Assembly: GCA_938021205.1 (NCBI GenBank)
Contig: CALIGI010000048.1
Coordinates: forward strand, 1 to 63,789
Reading direction: 5' to 3'
DNA from: an uncultured Pseudanabaenaceae cyanobacterium
GTDB taxonomy: Bacteria > Cyanobacteriota > Cyanobacteriia > PCC-9006 > JAAUQQ01
Length of the DNA stretch: 63,789 nucleotides
This document shows positions 21,506-32,068 of the stretch, piece after piece. Both the position numbers and the translations under genes were made by a program. Position 1 is the first letter of the stretch. Every line of letters begins with the position of its first letter. Below the pieces are notes generated by a model, which had not been told where the DNA came from, searched no databases, and saw only the letters and a program-made list of their open reading frames with translations.

Positions 21506-23391
21506 TGGAGCGATCGCGACCGAATGATCAAGCCCTGGGGGCTGCAATGTCCGAAGCTGAGATGCCAATGGCCTTTGATCGGGGGGGGCTGGACAATGAG
21601 ACTTCGCTTAAAGCAGATGCTTTAGCAACTATTGGTACCTCTGGCGAGGGCTTGCCTCTAGGTCGACTCGCTTCCGGATCTTCCTACGAACCAGAACTGG
21701 AGTTAGGGCCAGGGGAAGAACCTGCTCCTAATCTACTGCTGGTGGATGACACCCCAGCCAATCTGCGGCTGTTGATGGAAATTTTGATGCAGCGTGGCTA
21801 TCAAGTGCGCCCAGTGACGGACGGAAAGCGGGCGATCGCTGCTGCCCAGTTGCACCCTCCAGACCTGATTTTGCTGGATATTAAGATGCCTTCCCCTGAT
21901 GGTTATGAGGTTTGTCAGGCTCTCAAAAGCGATGAGCGAACCCGCGATATTCCTGTCATTTTTCTCACGGTTCTCGATGCCCCAATGGATAAAGCTAAGG
22001 GGTTTGAAATGGGTGGGGTTGACTATATCACGAAGCCCTTGGAGGCCTTGGAGCTGCTGGCTAGAGTTGATAATCAGCTTCGTCTGAGGGCTTTACAAAA
22101 ACAGTTGATGACGCGCAATCGTCAATTGCAGAAACTGCTGATTCAATATCGCGAGACTGCCAAGGCGCTACGAAATTCTGAGGCTAAGTTTGCCAAGGCA
22201 TTTGATGATAGCCCGATGCCCATGGCCCTGCTCACGTTGCCAGGACTGCGGTATTTGGACGCCAATCGAGCGTTCTTGAGCCAGTCCGGCTATCACCTGG
22301 ATGAGTTGTTGGGGAAAACATCCCTAGAGATCGATCTATGGGTTGACTCTCAGAAAAGAGAGCATATTTCTGAGCAATTCCAGTGCTATGGATTTGTCCA
22401 TGGATTTGAGGCCAGGCTTAGGACTAAAGGGGGAAAAGCTCGCACAGTCTTCTTGTTTCTAGAGACTATTCAGTTAGACGATTGCCAATATTTGCTCAGC
22501 ATGGGGCAGGATATTACCCAGCGTAAAGCAGCGGAACAGAAGCTAATCGCCCAGGCCCAGGAGCTGTCCGATACCCTGGCCAATTTACGAGAAACCCAGG
22601 GCAAGCTAGTGGAATCGACCAAGCTAGCGGCCTTAGGGAATTTAGTTGCAGGTATTGCCCATGAGATCAATACCCCCCTGGGGGTGGCGATTACGGCGGC
22701 TTCAACCCTTGAAAATGAGTTGCATCAGCTACTGGGAGAATGTGCCGTTCAGCCCCCAACGGTGGACTTGCTCCAGGAATACCTAGAGCTGCTTGAGGAA
22801 TGCAGTGGCTTGGTTTTAGGCAATTTGGCTAGGGCAGGAGAACTGGTGCAAAGCTTCAAGCAGGTTGCTGTGGATCAGGTGAGTTTACGCGATCGTAGCT
22901 TTACTGTGAAACCTTATCTAGAAGAGGTGTTCATAAACCTCAAGCCTCAGCTCAAACCGACCCCCCATGAGGTTGAGCTAACGGGGGACGATCAATACAT
23001 GATTCATAGCTATCCCGGTGCTCTGGCCCAGGTGATCACGAATTTGGTACTTAACTCGTTGCGTCATGGCTTTGTTGAGGGCCGGGAGCCGGGACTCATT
23101 CAGCTAGATGTACAGCGGGGCGATGAGGGTTGCTCCCTGATTTATCGTGACAATGGCATTGGCATCTCGCCAGATAATATTGAGCGGATTTTTGAACCCT
23201 TTTTCACTACGGCTCGCCCAACTGGCGGTAGTGGATTAGGCCTGTACTTGGTTTATAACCTGGTAACCCAGCGTCTTCAGGGGGAGATTGCGGTGAGCAG
23301 TGAACCGGGACAGGGGGTGAAGTTCGTCATTGTTTTACCTCGAAAGTTGCGATTGGGCGAGGTGGAGCAGTCTGCCTTCAGATTCACCTAA
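21505..23391 (+). CDS. Hybrid histidine kinase (REC, PAS, HisKA, HATPase)
   Basis: LLVDDTPANL...LLDIKMP REC; PAS ending GQDITQRK; AGIAHEINTPLG; DNGIGI; GSGLGL; TAATG overlap with the upstream kinase. Confidence 0.93.
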   Translation: MERSRPNDQALGAAMSEAEMPMAFDRGGLDNETSLKADALATIGTSGEGLPLGRLASGSSYEPELELGPGEEPAPNLLLVDDTPANLRLLMEILMQRGYQVRPVTDGKRAIAAAQLHPPDLILLDIKMPSPDGYEVCQALKSDERTRDIPVIFLTVLDAPMDKAKGFEMGGVDYITKPLEALELLARVDNQLRLRALQKQLMTRNRQLQKLLIQYRETAKALRNSEAKFAKAFDDSPMPMALLTLPGLRYLDANRAFLSQSGYHLDELLGKTSLEIDLWVDSQKREHISEQFQCYGFVHGFEARLRTKGGKARTVFLFLETIQLDDCQYLLSMGQDITQRKAAEQKLIAQAQELSDTLANLRETQGKLVESTKLAALGNLVAGIAHEINTPLGVAITAASTLENELHQLLGECAVQPPTVDLLQEYLELLEECSGLVLGNLARAGELVQSFKQVAVDQVSLRDRSFTVKPYLEEVFINLKPQLKPTPHEVELTGDDQYMIHSYPGALAQVITNLVLNSLRHGFVEGREPGLIQLDVQRGDEGCSLIYRDNGIGISPDNIERIFEPFFTTARPTGGSGLGLYLVYNLVTQRLQGEIAVSSEPGQGVKFVIVLPRKLRLGEVEQSAFRFT

Positions 23392-23399
23392 GACGAACC

Positions 23400-24545
23400 T
23401 TAGCTACTAGAACTTGTCTTCGTTGTAGATGTTGACGCAACTGGCGTAGCAGTCGTTGTTGCTGACCGGGTGGCAATCACGATCTTGCGGCGCTCTGTTA
23501 CGGTCTTGGGCCGGAGGTAGAGATTTTCAATCAGCACAGCCACCCCCGCAAACCAAGGGGGGACAATGAGGGCTCCGATAATACCAAGTAATTGAGCACC
23601 TCCCAGGACAGCTAGTAATTGGTACAGGGGATGAATGCCCACGGTGGAGCCGACCAGTAGGGGATCGAGGACGTAGGTTTCTAAGTTCTGGACGATGACG
23701 AAGAGAATCAAGACCCAGAGGGGAGACCAGCCACCCAGGGAGAGGGCAACCAGCAAAGCAGGTACGGAGCCGAGGATCGGGCCGAGGAAGGGCACGAGGT
23801 TGGTGACAGCCGCGATCGCGCCCAGTCCCAGGGCATAATCCTTCAGCCCCAGCAGGCTAAGACCGATGGTGATGCCGACTCCCAACACAATGGAGACCAG
23901 TAAACGACCGCGAATATAGCCGCCCATGCGAATCCCCACTGGACGTAGCTGGGCAGCCAGACGATCTTCCCAAGGTTGTGGAAGCAACCGCACTAACCCA
24001 TTGAGTAGCGTCCGCTTGTCCGCCACCATGTAGCCCGAGAGGAAGAGCACCAGTACCGTGCTAAAAGCTGTGCCTAGGATATTGCGGGTGAGGCCGTAGG
24101 AGCGTAAGACTAATTGCTTGGTCGAGCCCAAGGCCCAGCGGCTAATGGCCTGGGGGTCAAAGAGTTCGCTAATCAACTCTGACTGATTCTCGCCCAGTAG
24201 AGCGGCTCCATCTTCGAGTAGTCTGCGAATCACTTCTACAAATGTAGGGACTTGGCGAATTAGACTTTCGACTTGCTCAAATACTGTGGGACCTGCCAGA
24301 AGACCTACGCCCACGAGGGTCGAAATGAGGCCAATATAGGAAACGAGTGTGGCCAACCAGCGGGGTAATCGCCAACCTTCTAGCTGATCGACGATGGGGG
24401 CGATCGCTGCCGCCACAATCACGGAAGTCATGACGATCAAAGCTAACCCCCGCACCTGCCAGACCAGGACGGTGAGTAGCAACAGCAGACCCGTCACCAG
24501 GAGCGAGCGAAGGGAGATTGAAATGGCGAAGCGCTGTTCAGACAT
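23400..24545 (-). CDS. AI-2E family transporter
   Basis: Multi-TM; MGGYIRG, NLVPFLG, VQNLETYVLDPLLVG, GIIGALI motifs. Confidence 0.9.
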   Translation of the reverse strand: MSEQRFAISISLRSLLVTGLLLLLTVLVWQVRGLALIVMTSVIVAAAIAPIVDQLEGWRLPRWLATLVSYIGLISTLVGVGLLAGPTVFEQVESLIRQVPTFVEVIRRLLEDGAALLGENQSELISELFDPQAISRWALGSTKQLVLRSYGLTRNILGTAFSTVLVLFLSGYMVADKRTLLNGLVRLLPQPWEDRLAAQLRPVGIRMGGYIRGRLLVSIVLGVGITIGLSLLGLKDYALGLGAIAAVTNLVPFLGPILGSVPALLVALSLGGWSPLWVLILFVIVQNLETYVLDPLLVGSTVGIHPLYQLLAVLGGAQLLGIIGALIVPPWFAGVAVLIENLYLRPKTVTERRKIVIATRSATTTATPVASTSTTKTSSSS

Positions 24546-24656
24546 GCGGAGAGATCAACCGGGCAGAGGTGACGAGATTTACTGGATTGATCCCAGATGA
24601 TAGGTCAAAGGTAATGGTTATTAGCGCTTCTGTCTCTAAGCTGTGGCAGATTGTTC

Positions 24657-25631
24657 CTAATTCGGTTGTTCTGAGGTGGATGTCTCGGCGGGGGCAGATG
24701 TCTCAGATTCAGGTTCAGTCGTTGTTTCAGGCTGTTGCTCAATGTCAGGATCGACTGCGGGGGCTGCCAGCGTGGGGGGAATTTCTAGGGGGACGGGACC
24801 GAGGACGCCTTTGCGGAAGTCCTGGAGGAGTTTGCGGGCAGCGCGCTCGATATCGCCTTGGTAATTCACCTCACCCATGGCAATGAGATAGTCTTCGCCT
24901 GTACCGATTGATTCATCAACGCTGTAGCGATCGCGCAGCAGTCCTTCTGGCACCACCCTTCCTTGGGTGATCTTTTGCAGGGCTTTGAGTTGGTCTACGA
25001 GATTGGCAGCAACGCGCTGGTTGTCGTAGGAGGCGGTGCCAATGTCGTCGCAGAGGGCGAGCTTGACGGCGGCGGTTTGGTCATCGAGGCGGGCGGGTAA
25101 AATGCCGGGGGCGTCGAGTAGGTCCAGGTTGTCGTCGATGCGGACCCAACGTAGTTGGCGGGTGACGCCCGCCTTTCGAGCGCTTTCCACGACGCGACGA
25201 CCCACGAGGCGATTGATCAGGGCGGATTTGCCGACGTTGGGATAGCCAATGACCACGGTGCGGACGGAGCGGGGCCTCATGCCGCGACTCTCGCGGCGAT
25301 CGTTCACAGCCACCCCTGCCTTAGCGGCAATTTTGGCGAGGGCTTTGATGCCTTTTCCGTCCTTGGCATCGGTGAAGTAGATATCCTGGCCCTGGGCTTT
25401 AAACCACTCTCGCCAGGCTTCTCGCAGGTGCGACGGAATCATGTCCTGGCGATTTAGCACGAGGACGCAGGGCTTATCCGGTGCCCATTGGGCGATGCGG
25501 GGGTGGTGAGTGGAGAGGGGAATGCGGGCATCGCGGACTTCCAGGATGACGTCTACCCGTTTGAGCTGTTCTTTGAGGGATTTCTCGGCTTTGGCAATGT
25601 GGCCGGGGTACCACTGGATGAGGGGAGACAT
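24657..25631 (-). CDS. ylqF: Ribosome biogenesis GTPase YlqF/RbgA
   Basis: IQWYPGHIAKA, EVRDARIP, GYPNVGKS, GVTR, DAPG (circularly permuted GTPase). Confidence 0.95.
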   Translation of the reverse strand: MSPLIQWYPGHIAKAEKSLKEQLKRVDVILEVRDARIPLSTHHPRIAQWAPDKPCVLVLNRQDMIPSHLREAWREWFKAQGQDIYFTDAKDGKGIKALAKIAAKAGVAVNDRRESRGMRPRSVRTVVIGYPNVGKSALINRLVGRRVVESARKAGVTRQLRWVRIDDNLDLLDAPGILPARLDDQTAAVKLALCDDIGTASYDNQRVAANLVDQLKALQKITQGRVVPEGLLRDRYSVDESIGTGEDYLIAMGEVNYQGDIERAARKLLQDFRKGVLGPVPLEIPPTLAAPAVDPDIEQQPETTTEPESETSAPAETSTSEQPN

Positions 25632-25702
25632 GGTTGAACGATTCCGGGGGAAGCTTACGCAGTAATCGCGACTGGATCAACCATACCGCTTTGCTGGGCG
25701 AC

Positions 25703-25736
25703 CGTAGGAAGACTCCTGGGCATTAGTCTTCCTACG
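25703..25736. repeat. GTAG-ended inverted repeat (REP-like) upstream of ylqF
   Basis: CGTAGGAAGACT-N10-AGTCTTCCTACG. Confidence 0.5.
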
Positions 25737-26032
25737 AAATGCTGCTTTGGTGGAGCGCGTGGACTTCAAGGCATTACTGTCCGTCAAATTCGACAGTGTG
25801 GGTTAGGACGGTGCAGGCAACGTCGAAGCAGTCGGCTGCAAAGCTTTGGTCGGAAAAAATAATGGGCGCTGATAGCCAGGGAGCTGACCTGTGACGCTTT
25901 GTTAGGATTTAGAGTACTGAAGCGGCAGAAGCCTCTTCTAGAGGCTATTCAGAGTCGTTTTGTTCTCAGCTCATGTCATGATCTAATTAATAGAGTCTGT
26001 TTTCCTGGCAACCTCATCCCACAACTTTGGCC

Positions 26033-29000
26033 ATGTTCCAGAATGCTGCCCTGACCATTGATGGATACGCTTTTGATGACGAGCTTCGAGCCCAGTTGGT
26101 GGAGCAATATGGTGACGCATCTCCCCTAGAGCAGCAGATTATTCAATTTTTGGCTGTACTCTACGAGCCGGTGACTCGGTTGATTATTTCGAGTTGCCTG
26201 AGAGATCTCGGGGTTGTGGATGACCAAGGTGTGCCCTACAAAATGCCGCTGCTGAGTGCTGCGATCACTCGCTTAGTGGAGCAAAAGCTACTGATTCAAG
26301 AGCGCACCCAAGGCCCCCGCTGTCATCCCATGCTGCGCGAGATTGCCTTGGGAGATACGCTCAAGGCAGACTGGTTTGATGACATTGTGACTGTGATTGA
26401 GCAGCAAAGGCCGGTTCCTAAATGTTTAGGTAATGAAAACCCCAAGTACAACACCCATTTTGAATTTATTCGAGATGTGCGAATTGCGCTGTATTCCGGA
26501 GATTTAGACAGAATTCGAGCTTGCGAAGCGGGGTTTAAAGGAGCTTACCGAGGCTATGAGAAAATCTCGGTCTCCGCCATCCTGCGCGAGGTCTGCCGCA
26601 ATCCCTTTGATCACCATTTTATTGCTAGCTTGCCCGAGGAACTTCAGGCTCTTTGCCTCAGAAGTCTATTAGATGAGACATTAGCGCGTTGCGAACCTGA
26701 GACTGAAGCATTTCACCTGCTGCAGGAGCTATGCGAAGGCAATCTGGCAGAGAACATAACGCCGGGTTTTGCTGATTTGATCAGTCTCTATATTGAACAA
26801 TTACTTTTGCGCGAAGACTTGGAAGGAGCCAAGCTTGCTTTGGGATGGTTGGATGAGCAACATTTGGCTCAGCTAGGTACCTTTGAGGGCTGGATTTCTC
26901 TACTGGAAGGGGATAGTGATGAGGCAGTCGCCTGTTATCGAGTCGCCCTCAAAGATGACCTGCGTAAACATAACAAGCGTAAGGGCGCGTTCAGGAGTCT
27001 CTGTGGCAGTCTGTTTGTCCTAGCTTTGCTAAAGGAAGGCTCTCCCGAGTCTGTGCAGGAGGCGATCGCCTATACCCAGCCTTTGATTTCCCCCGAAAAG
27101 AACCGTTTTTGGTCAATCTACTTCCCCCTACATCTATGGGCGAGGGTTAAACGAGGTGATCTGGACGCGAAGGCTCAGTTACGCTCAAGCTTTAGATCGC
27201 TCAGCGCCACCGATCACCCTGTGGGAACGCTCATTCACGCACTCTGTCTCTACTGGGTGGAACCGGGTGCCAAGGCAAAATTAAAATCTGTCCTAGAACC
27301 GCTCTGTAGCGATTGCCAAGCCGCAGGCTACTACTGGCTCGCCATGGAGGCTGCGGAAATTCTCTCACGGGTGACCGCAAAAGAATCCCAATATTCCTTA
27401 TTAGCCAAGGTTCTACGCGAACAAAGCGAACTGCCTCCCCTGATTGACCTCTTCCAAGCCCAGGAGCCCTGGGAGTTGCAACTTCAAGCCTTGGAGAATC
27501 TCTCTCTCCCCTCTGCAGAAAGTGGTGCTCGGCCTCAAGCCCAACAACGCTTGGTTTGGTTTCTTACCCGCTACAGTGATACCAATTGGACCCTACATCC
27601 TCGCGAACAGAAGATTAATGCCAAGGGAGTTTGGAGCAAGGGGCGCAATATTGCACTCAAACGACTGGCTCGCACCCTGGATGAATTTAGCTATTTCACA
27701 CCACAAGATCAGAACGTTTGCCGCCAGCTCGAACGCCATCTGGAACAAAATTACTATGGCTACCGAGGCTCAGAATATTACCTATTTTCCGATTCCGCTA
27801 TTGGGGAATTAATCGGTCACCCGCTGTTGTTTGAGGAGGAGAGTGGAGTCCGGCTAGAGCTGGCAAAGGGGACGCCGGAGTTGCGGGTGCTGCGTGGTAA
27901 AGGCAAGCAGCTCACCCTCGAATTCTCGCCTCCGCTCCGTGAACATGCAGACCTGTTATTGCTGAAGGAAAGTCCAACGCGGCTCAAGCTCGTGCAGATT
28001 AATAGCGAACATCGCCGAATCGCCCAGGTGTTGGGCAAAAAGCTCCAGGTGCCGGTGGCTGCCCAGGAGCGTGTCCTGAGGACGATTCAGAATATGGCCT
28101 CCATCGTGACGGTGCAGTCGGACATTGGGGGCGGTAATGAAAACCTGGAGTCGGTGCCTGCGGTGGCGACCCCTCATTTTCATCTACTTCCGGCGGGGGA
28201 GGGGCTCAAGGTGGCCCTGCTCTGTCGTCCCTTTGGGGAAGAAGGGCCCTATTATCGCCCCGGTAAAGGCGGCAAGCTGGTGATTGCAGAGCTAACCGGG
28301 GCTCGTAAACAAACGGAGCGGGATTTGTTGGCAGAAAAGAAGCAGGCCAAGGCTGCGATCGCGGCTTGCTCCATGCTGGAAACCTATGACGCGAAAGGCG
28401 GGGAATGGCAAATTGACGATCCAGAAGATTGCTTGGAGTTGTTGCTCGAACTCAAAGAGGTGGGTGAGCAAGCGATCGTCGAATGGCCGGAGGGCGAAAA
28501 GCTGAAGGTCAATCACCAGGTGGGCCTAGAAAATCTCCATCTCCAGGTTGGTCAGCAAAAGGACTGGTTTGCTGCCAGTGGTGAGATTCAGGTGGGCGAC
28601 GAGAAGGTCCTGCAAATGCAGCAGTTGTTGATGCTACTGGAGAATGCACCCAGTCGATTTGTGCCCGTGGGGGATGGTCAATTTCTGGCCTTAACCCAGG
28701 AGTTTCGCAAACGTCTCAATGAACTGCGGGCATTCTCGGAAGTCAGTAAAAAAGGAGTTCGCTTTCACCCCCTAGCTTCCTTGGCACTCCAGGACATGAT
28801 GGAGGAGGTAGGCTCTGTCAAAGCGGACAAGCAGTGGAAAGCCCATCTCAAGAAGTTGAAGGAAGTTCAAACCCTAGAGCCCGAACTCCCCTCGACGCTC
28901 CAGGCCGAGCTGCGGGACTACCAGCAAGACGGCTTCAAGTGGCTGGCTCGGCTAGCCCACTGGGGCGTGGGGGCTTGTCTGGCAGATGACATGGGCCTGG

Positions 29001-30289
29001 GCAAAACGCTCCAGGCGCTGGCCTTGATTCTTACCCGTGCGCCGGATGGACCAACACTGGTTGTGGCACCAACCTCGGTGGGACATAACTGGATTACGGA
29101 AGCAGAGAAATTTGCCCCGACGCTGAAGCCGATTTTGTTCGGTGCTGTGGGCGATCGCCAAGCCACCCTCGATGAGCTCCAGCCCTTTGACCTGCTGGTT
29201 TGCACCTATGGTCTGCTGCAACAGCCTGATGTGGGAGCCATGCTCGCCCAACGGGACTGGCAAACCATTGTGCTCGACGAAGCCCAGGCGATTAAGAACA
29301 GCGCGACCCAGCGCTCCAAAGCAGCGATGAAACTCCAGGGTGGTTTCAAACTTATTGCCACAGGCACCCCGATCGAAAACCACTTGGGAGAACTGTGGAA
29401 CCAGTTTCGCTTTATTAATCCAGGATTACTCGGTTCCAAAGACCAATTTAACCAGCGCTTTGCGGCTCCCATTGAGCGGCAGCAAGACAAAGCGGCTCGC
29501 CAGCAGCTCAAAGCCTTGATCCAGCCCTTTATGCTGCGGCGCACCAAGAGCCAGGTTCTAGAAGAGCTACCCTCCCGAACTGAGATGACCCTCAAGGTTG
29601 AGCTGAGCACTGAAGAAATGGCACTGTATGAGGCCTTGCGGCGGGAGGCGCTTGAAAAACTAGCGAACAGTGATGGCGACTCGGGTCCGAAGCATCTACA
29701 AATCCTGGCGGAGATCATGAAGCTGCGTCGCCTCTGCTGCAATGCCAAGTTGGTCGTGCCTGAGACGCCGTTGCCCAGTGCCAAGCTACAAGTCTTTGGA
29801 GAAGTCCTAGGGGAGCTACTGACAAATCACCATAAGGCTTTGGTCTTTAGTCAATTTGTGGGGCATCTCAGTATTCTGTGCGATTACTTGGATGAGCAAA
29901 AAATTACTTATCAATACTTGGATGGCAGCACTTCCGCTAAGCAGCGTAAGCAGCGGGTAGATGCCTTCCAAGCGGGGGAGGGTGATGTCTTTTTGATCAG
30001 CCTTAAGGCCGGAGGGACGGGGCTCAATCTCACGGCTGCGGACTATGTGATTCATATGGACCCTTGGTGGAATCCTGCGGTGGAAGACCAAGCCTCGGAC
30101 CGTGCCCACCGCATTGGCCAACAGCGCCCGGTGACAATCTATCGGCTCGTGGCCCAAGGAACGATTGAGGAAAAGATCGTTGAGCTGCATCGCCACAAGC
30201 GAGATCTGGCGGACAGTCTCTTGGAGGGCACGGACTCTAGCGGCAAACTGTCTGCTGATGAGTTGTTGAGGCTGATTCGTGAGGACTGA
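26033..30289 (+). CDS. Large SNF2-family DEAD/H ATPase with long helical N-terminal extension
   Basis: LRDYQ, CLADDMGLGKT, DEAQ, TGTPIEN, LRRTK, FSQF, SLKAGGTGLNL, QASDRAHRIGQ. Confidence 0.93.
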   Translation: MFQNAALTIDGYAFDDELRAQLVEQYGDASPLEQQIIQFLAVLYEPVTRLIISSCLRDLGVVDDQGVPYKMPLLSAAITRLVEQKLLIQERTQGPRCHPMLREIALGDTLKADWFDDIVTVIEQQRPVPKCLGNENPKYNTHFEFIRDVRIALYSGDLDRIRACEAGFKGAYRGYEKISVSAILREVCRNPFDHHFIASLPEELQALCLRSLLDETLARCEPETEAFHLLQELCEGNLAENITPGFADLISLYIEQLLLREDLEGAKLALGWLDEQHLAQLGTFEGWISLLEGDSDEAVACYRVALKDDLRKHNKRKGAFRSLCGSLFVLALLKEGSPESVQEAIAYTQPLISPEKNRFWSIYFPLHLWARVKRGDLDAKAQLRSSFRSLSATDHPVGTLIHALCLYWVEPGAKAKLKSVLEPLCSDCQAAGYYWLAMEAAEILSRVTAKESQYSLLAKVLREQSELPPLIDLFQAQEPWELQLQALENLSLPSAESGARPQAQQRLVWFLTRYSDTNWTLHPREQKINAKGVWSKGRNIALKRLARTLDEFSYFTPQDQNVCRQLERHLEQNYYGYRGSEYYLFSDSAIGELIGHPLLFEEESGVRLELAKGTPELRVLRGKGKQLTLEFSPPLREHADLLLLKESPTRLKLVQINSEHRRIAQVLGKKLQVPVAAQERVLRTIQNMASIVTVQSDIGGGNENLESVPAVATPHFHLLPAGEGLKVALLCRPFGEEGPYYRPGKGGKLVIAELTGARKQTERDLLAEKKQAKAAIAACSMLETYDAKGGEWQIDDPEDCLELLLELKEVGEQAIVEWPEGEKLKVNHQVGLENLHLQVGQQKDWFAASGEIQVGDEKVLQMQQLLMLLENAPSRFVPVGDGQFLALTQEFRKRLNELRAFSEVSKKGVRFHPLASLALQDMMEEVGSVKADKQWKAHLKKLKEVQTLEPELPSTLQAELRDYQQDGFKWLARLAHWGVGACLADDMGLGKTLQALALILTRAPDGPTLVVAPTSVGHNWITEAEKFAPTLKPILFGAVGDRQATLDELQPFDLLVCTYGLLQQPDVGAMLAQRDWQTIVLDEAQAIKNSATQRSKAAMKLQGGFKLIATGTPIENHLGELWNQFRFINPGLLGSKDQFNQRFAAPIERQQDKAARQQLKALIQPFMLRRTKSQVLEELPSRTEMTLKVELSTEEMALYEALRREALEKLANSDGDSGPKHLQILAEIMKLRRLCCNAKLVVPETPLPSAKLQVFGEVLGELLTNHHKALVFSQFVGHLSILCDYLDEQKITYQYLDGSTSAKQRKQRVDAFQAGEGDVFLISLKAGGTGLNLTAADYVIHMDPWWNPAVEDQASDRAHRIGQQRPVTIYRLVAQGTIEEKIVELHRHKRDLADSLLEGTDSSGKLSADELLRLIRED

Positions 30290-30412
30290 ATTGGCTCGCT
30301 AACAGAAACCTGAATCAACTTTGGCCTGAGTTCGACCAATGGAAGGCTGAAGCAAGCTGGTGTGGACGCGGGGCATCCATAGGAGCCACCTGTTGCAAGG
30401 TGAGTCTGTTCC

Positions 30413-31075
30413 TTAGGGCAACCGAGGCTGGGCGTCCTGATGGAGCAACAGCCGTCGTAGGTCTGCAACTGGTACGACCCAGACGCCGCGGATGGGGTTG
30501 CGATCCAGCTCAACAATCGCTTCGGTAAATGCCAGCACGGGCACCACCTGCTTCGACTTCACCTGCTTGACCCGCTGCTGCACCCGCGATGAGCGCTGCT
30601 TGGTTTGTTCAATAAAATTAGCGGGGAACGGCTGGGGGGCGTTGTCATAGAGGCGGAAGACCTGGCGACCGTCCGTGCCGACCCTGCCGCGATCGCCCTT
30701 AAACACAATGCAATAGGTATTGCCGCTGGGCGCAGTAGCCACCACTTGCCCATCTCCACCGACAGCGCTGCTATCCAGCTTCCAGCGCTGTCGTTCTAGA
30801 GGCTTAAGTTCTGCGGGAATAAAAGCGCCCGTTGCTCGGTTGGCCTTGGCTGCACTTTGCCACAGCTGCCAGGTTTGCCAGAGCAGATACAATGCCCAGC
30901 CCCAGCAGACTAGCGGTAGATATTTGACGAAGGGAGCTAAGGGGCCAAGGGGGAGCTGGAAAGGTAGAGCACCTAGGAGTAAGGGGGTCAGTAGCGGCAG
31001 CAGTGCCAGAATGACGGCTTCGACCAGGGTTTTTACCGCGCGGGTTTGGCGCTGGGCGACGACGGATTTTGCCAT
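30413..31075 (-). CDS. Membrane-anchored NERD/nuclease-related domain protein (degenerate)
   Basis: Two N-terminal TMs, then VVATAPSGNTYCIVFKG...VVPVLAFTEA...GVWVV resembling the NERD fold. Confidence 0.5.
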   Translation of the reverse strand: MAKSVVAQRQTRAVKTLVEAVILALLPLLTPLLLGALPFQLPLGPLAPFVKYLPLVCWGWALYLLWQTWQLWQSAAKANRATGAFIPAELKPLERQRWKLDSSAVGGDGQVVATAPSGNTYCIVFKGDRGRVGTDGRQVFRLYDNAPQPFPANFIEQTKQRSSRVQQRVKQVKSKQVVPVLAFTEAIVELDRNPIRGVWVVPVADLRRLLLHQDAQPRLP

Positions 31076-31343
31076 GCTGGAGAAACGGCGGAAGCCGTTG
31101 GGGTAGATGGCCTTAGCCTAGCGGATTCATGGCGATGGCTGGATTACGAATTCCGAGTCATTAGGTGATGCCAATCTTAGGGGCAAAACCATTCGGCCCC
31201 AATATTGCTGGCTCACCGATGACTTTCTACCGAATGCTTTGCTTGGGTGAGCGCGCCGAGGGCTCAGCATTTAGGCTCGATTTACGGTTGTATTGGACTC
31301 TATGATCGCTAAGCTTTCGGGCGTTATTCGAGGGTGAGGATCA

Positions 31344-31378
31344 AAACGATAGGGGCGCAGTATTCGGCCCTATCGTTT
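31344..31378 (-). terminator. Terminator hairpin downstream of USP gene
   Basis: AAACGATAGGG...CCCTATCGTTT. Confidence 0.6.
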
Positions 31379-31406
31379 CCTGAATCTAATATTGTGGGCG
31401 GCGAAT

Positions 31407-31817
31407 CTAGGGCACCACCAAAACTGGACAGGGGGCCAGGTTGATGACGCGGTTGGTCACGCTTTCGGAAGCACCTTCATCGGTGAGGCCCATGCCGCGA
31501 CAGCCCATGATGATCACATCGGCGTGGATTTCATCCGCCATGTCGCAGATGGCAAAGGCGGGTTTGCCTTCTCGTTCAAAGGCTTCTGCTTGGAGGCCTT
31601 GGTTTTCAAAGAGAGACTTGGCATCGTCTAGGAGATGGGCGATCGCATCGTGGGATGTCATGGAAGGCGATCGCGTCGGCTCCGTGACTTCTTCTTCTAA
31701 GACTGAAACGAGGACCACCCGCTGGCTGCCATGGGCCTTGGCCAACTGGGCAACCACCTCAGCCGCTTCGCGGGACTCGCGACTGTCATCGACTGGAAAT
31801 AAAACCGTTGAAAACAT
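31407..31817 (-). CDS. Universal stress protein
   Basis: MFSTVLFPVDDS...ADVIIMGCRG...SVTNRVINLAPCPVLVVP; ATG 31817. Confidence 0.93.
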   Translation of the reverse strand: MFSTVLFPVDDSRESREAAEVVAQLAKAHGSQRVVLVSVLEEEVTEPTRSPSMTSHDAIAHLLDDAKSLFENQGLQAEAFEREGKPAFAICDMADEIHADVIIMGCRGMGLTDEGASESVTNRVINLAPCPVLVVP

Positions 31818-32068
31818 GGACTTCGATTCTCCTGACGGTCTGGAGTGGTGCTCCAAAACTCTAACAGCCACCTAGGAGAGGTTCGGTAATCCGGTATTGA
31901 ATCTTTATTTTATTTGAGCAGTTGCAACTTTTGAACTGTTTTTATGCGGCTTTGGAGCCCACGTCTGGCTTAAATTTAAACCAATGGTTCGTTCTGAACC
32001 GATTTATTAGAGAATGAGTATAAAGACCTAATAAATCTTATTACCGCAAACAAAGGAGATCTGCTGCC

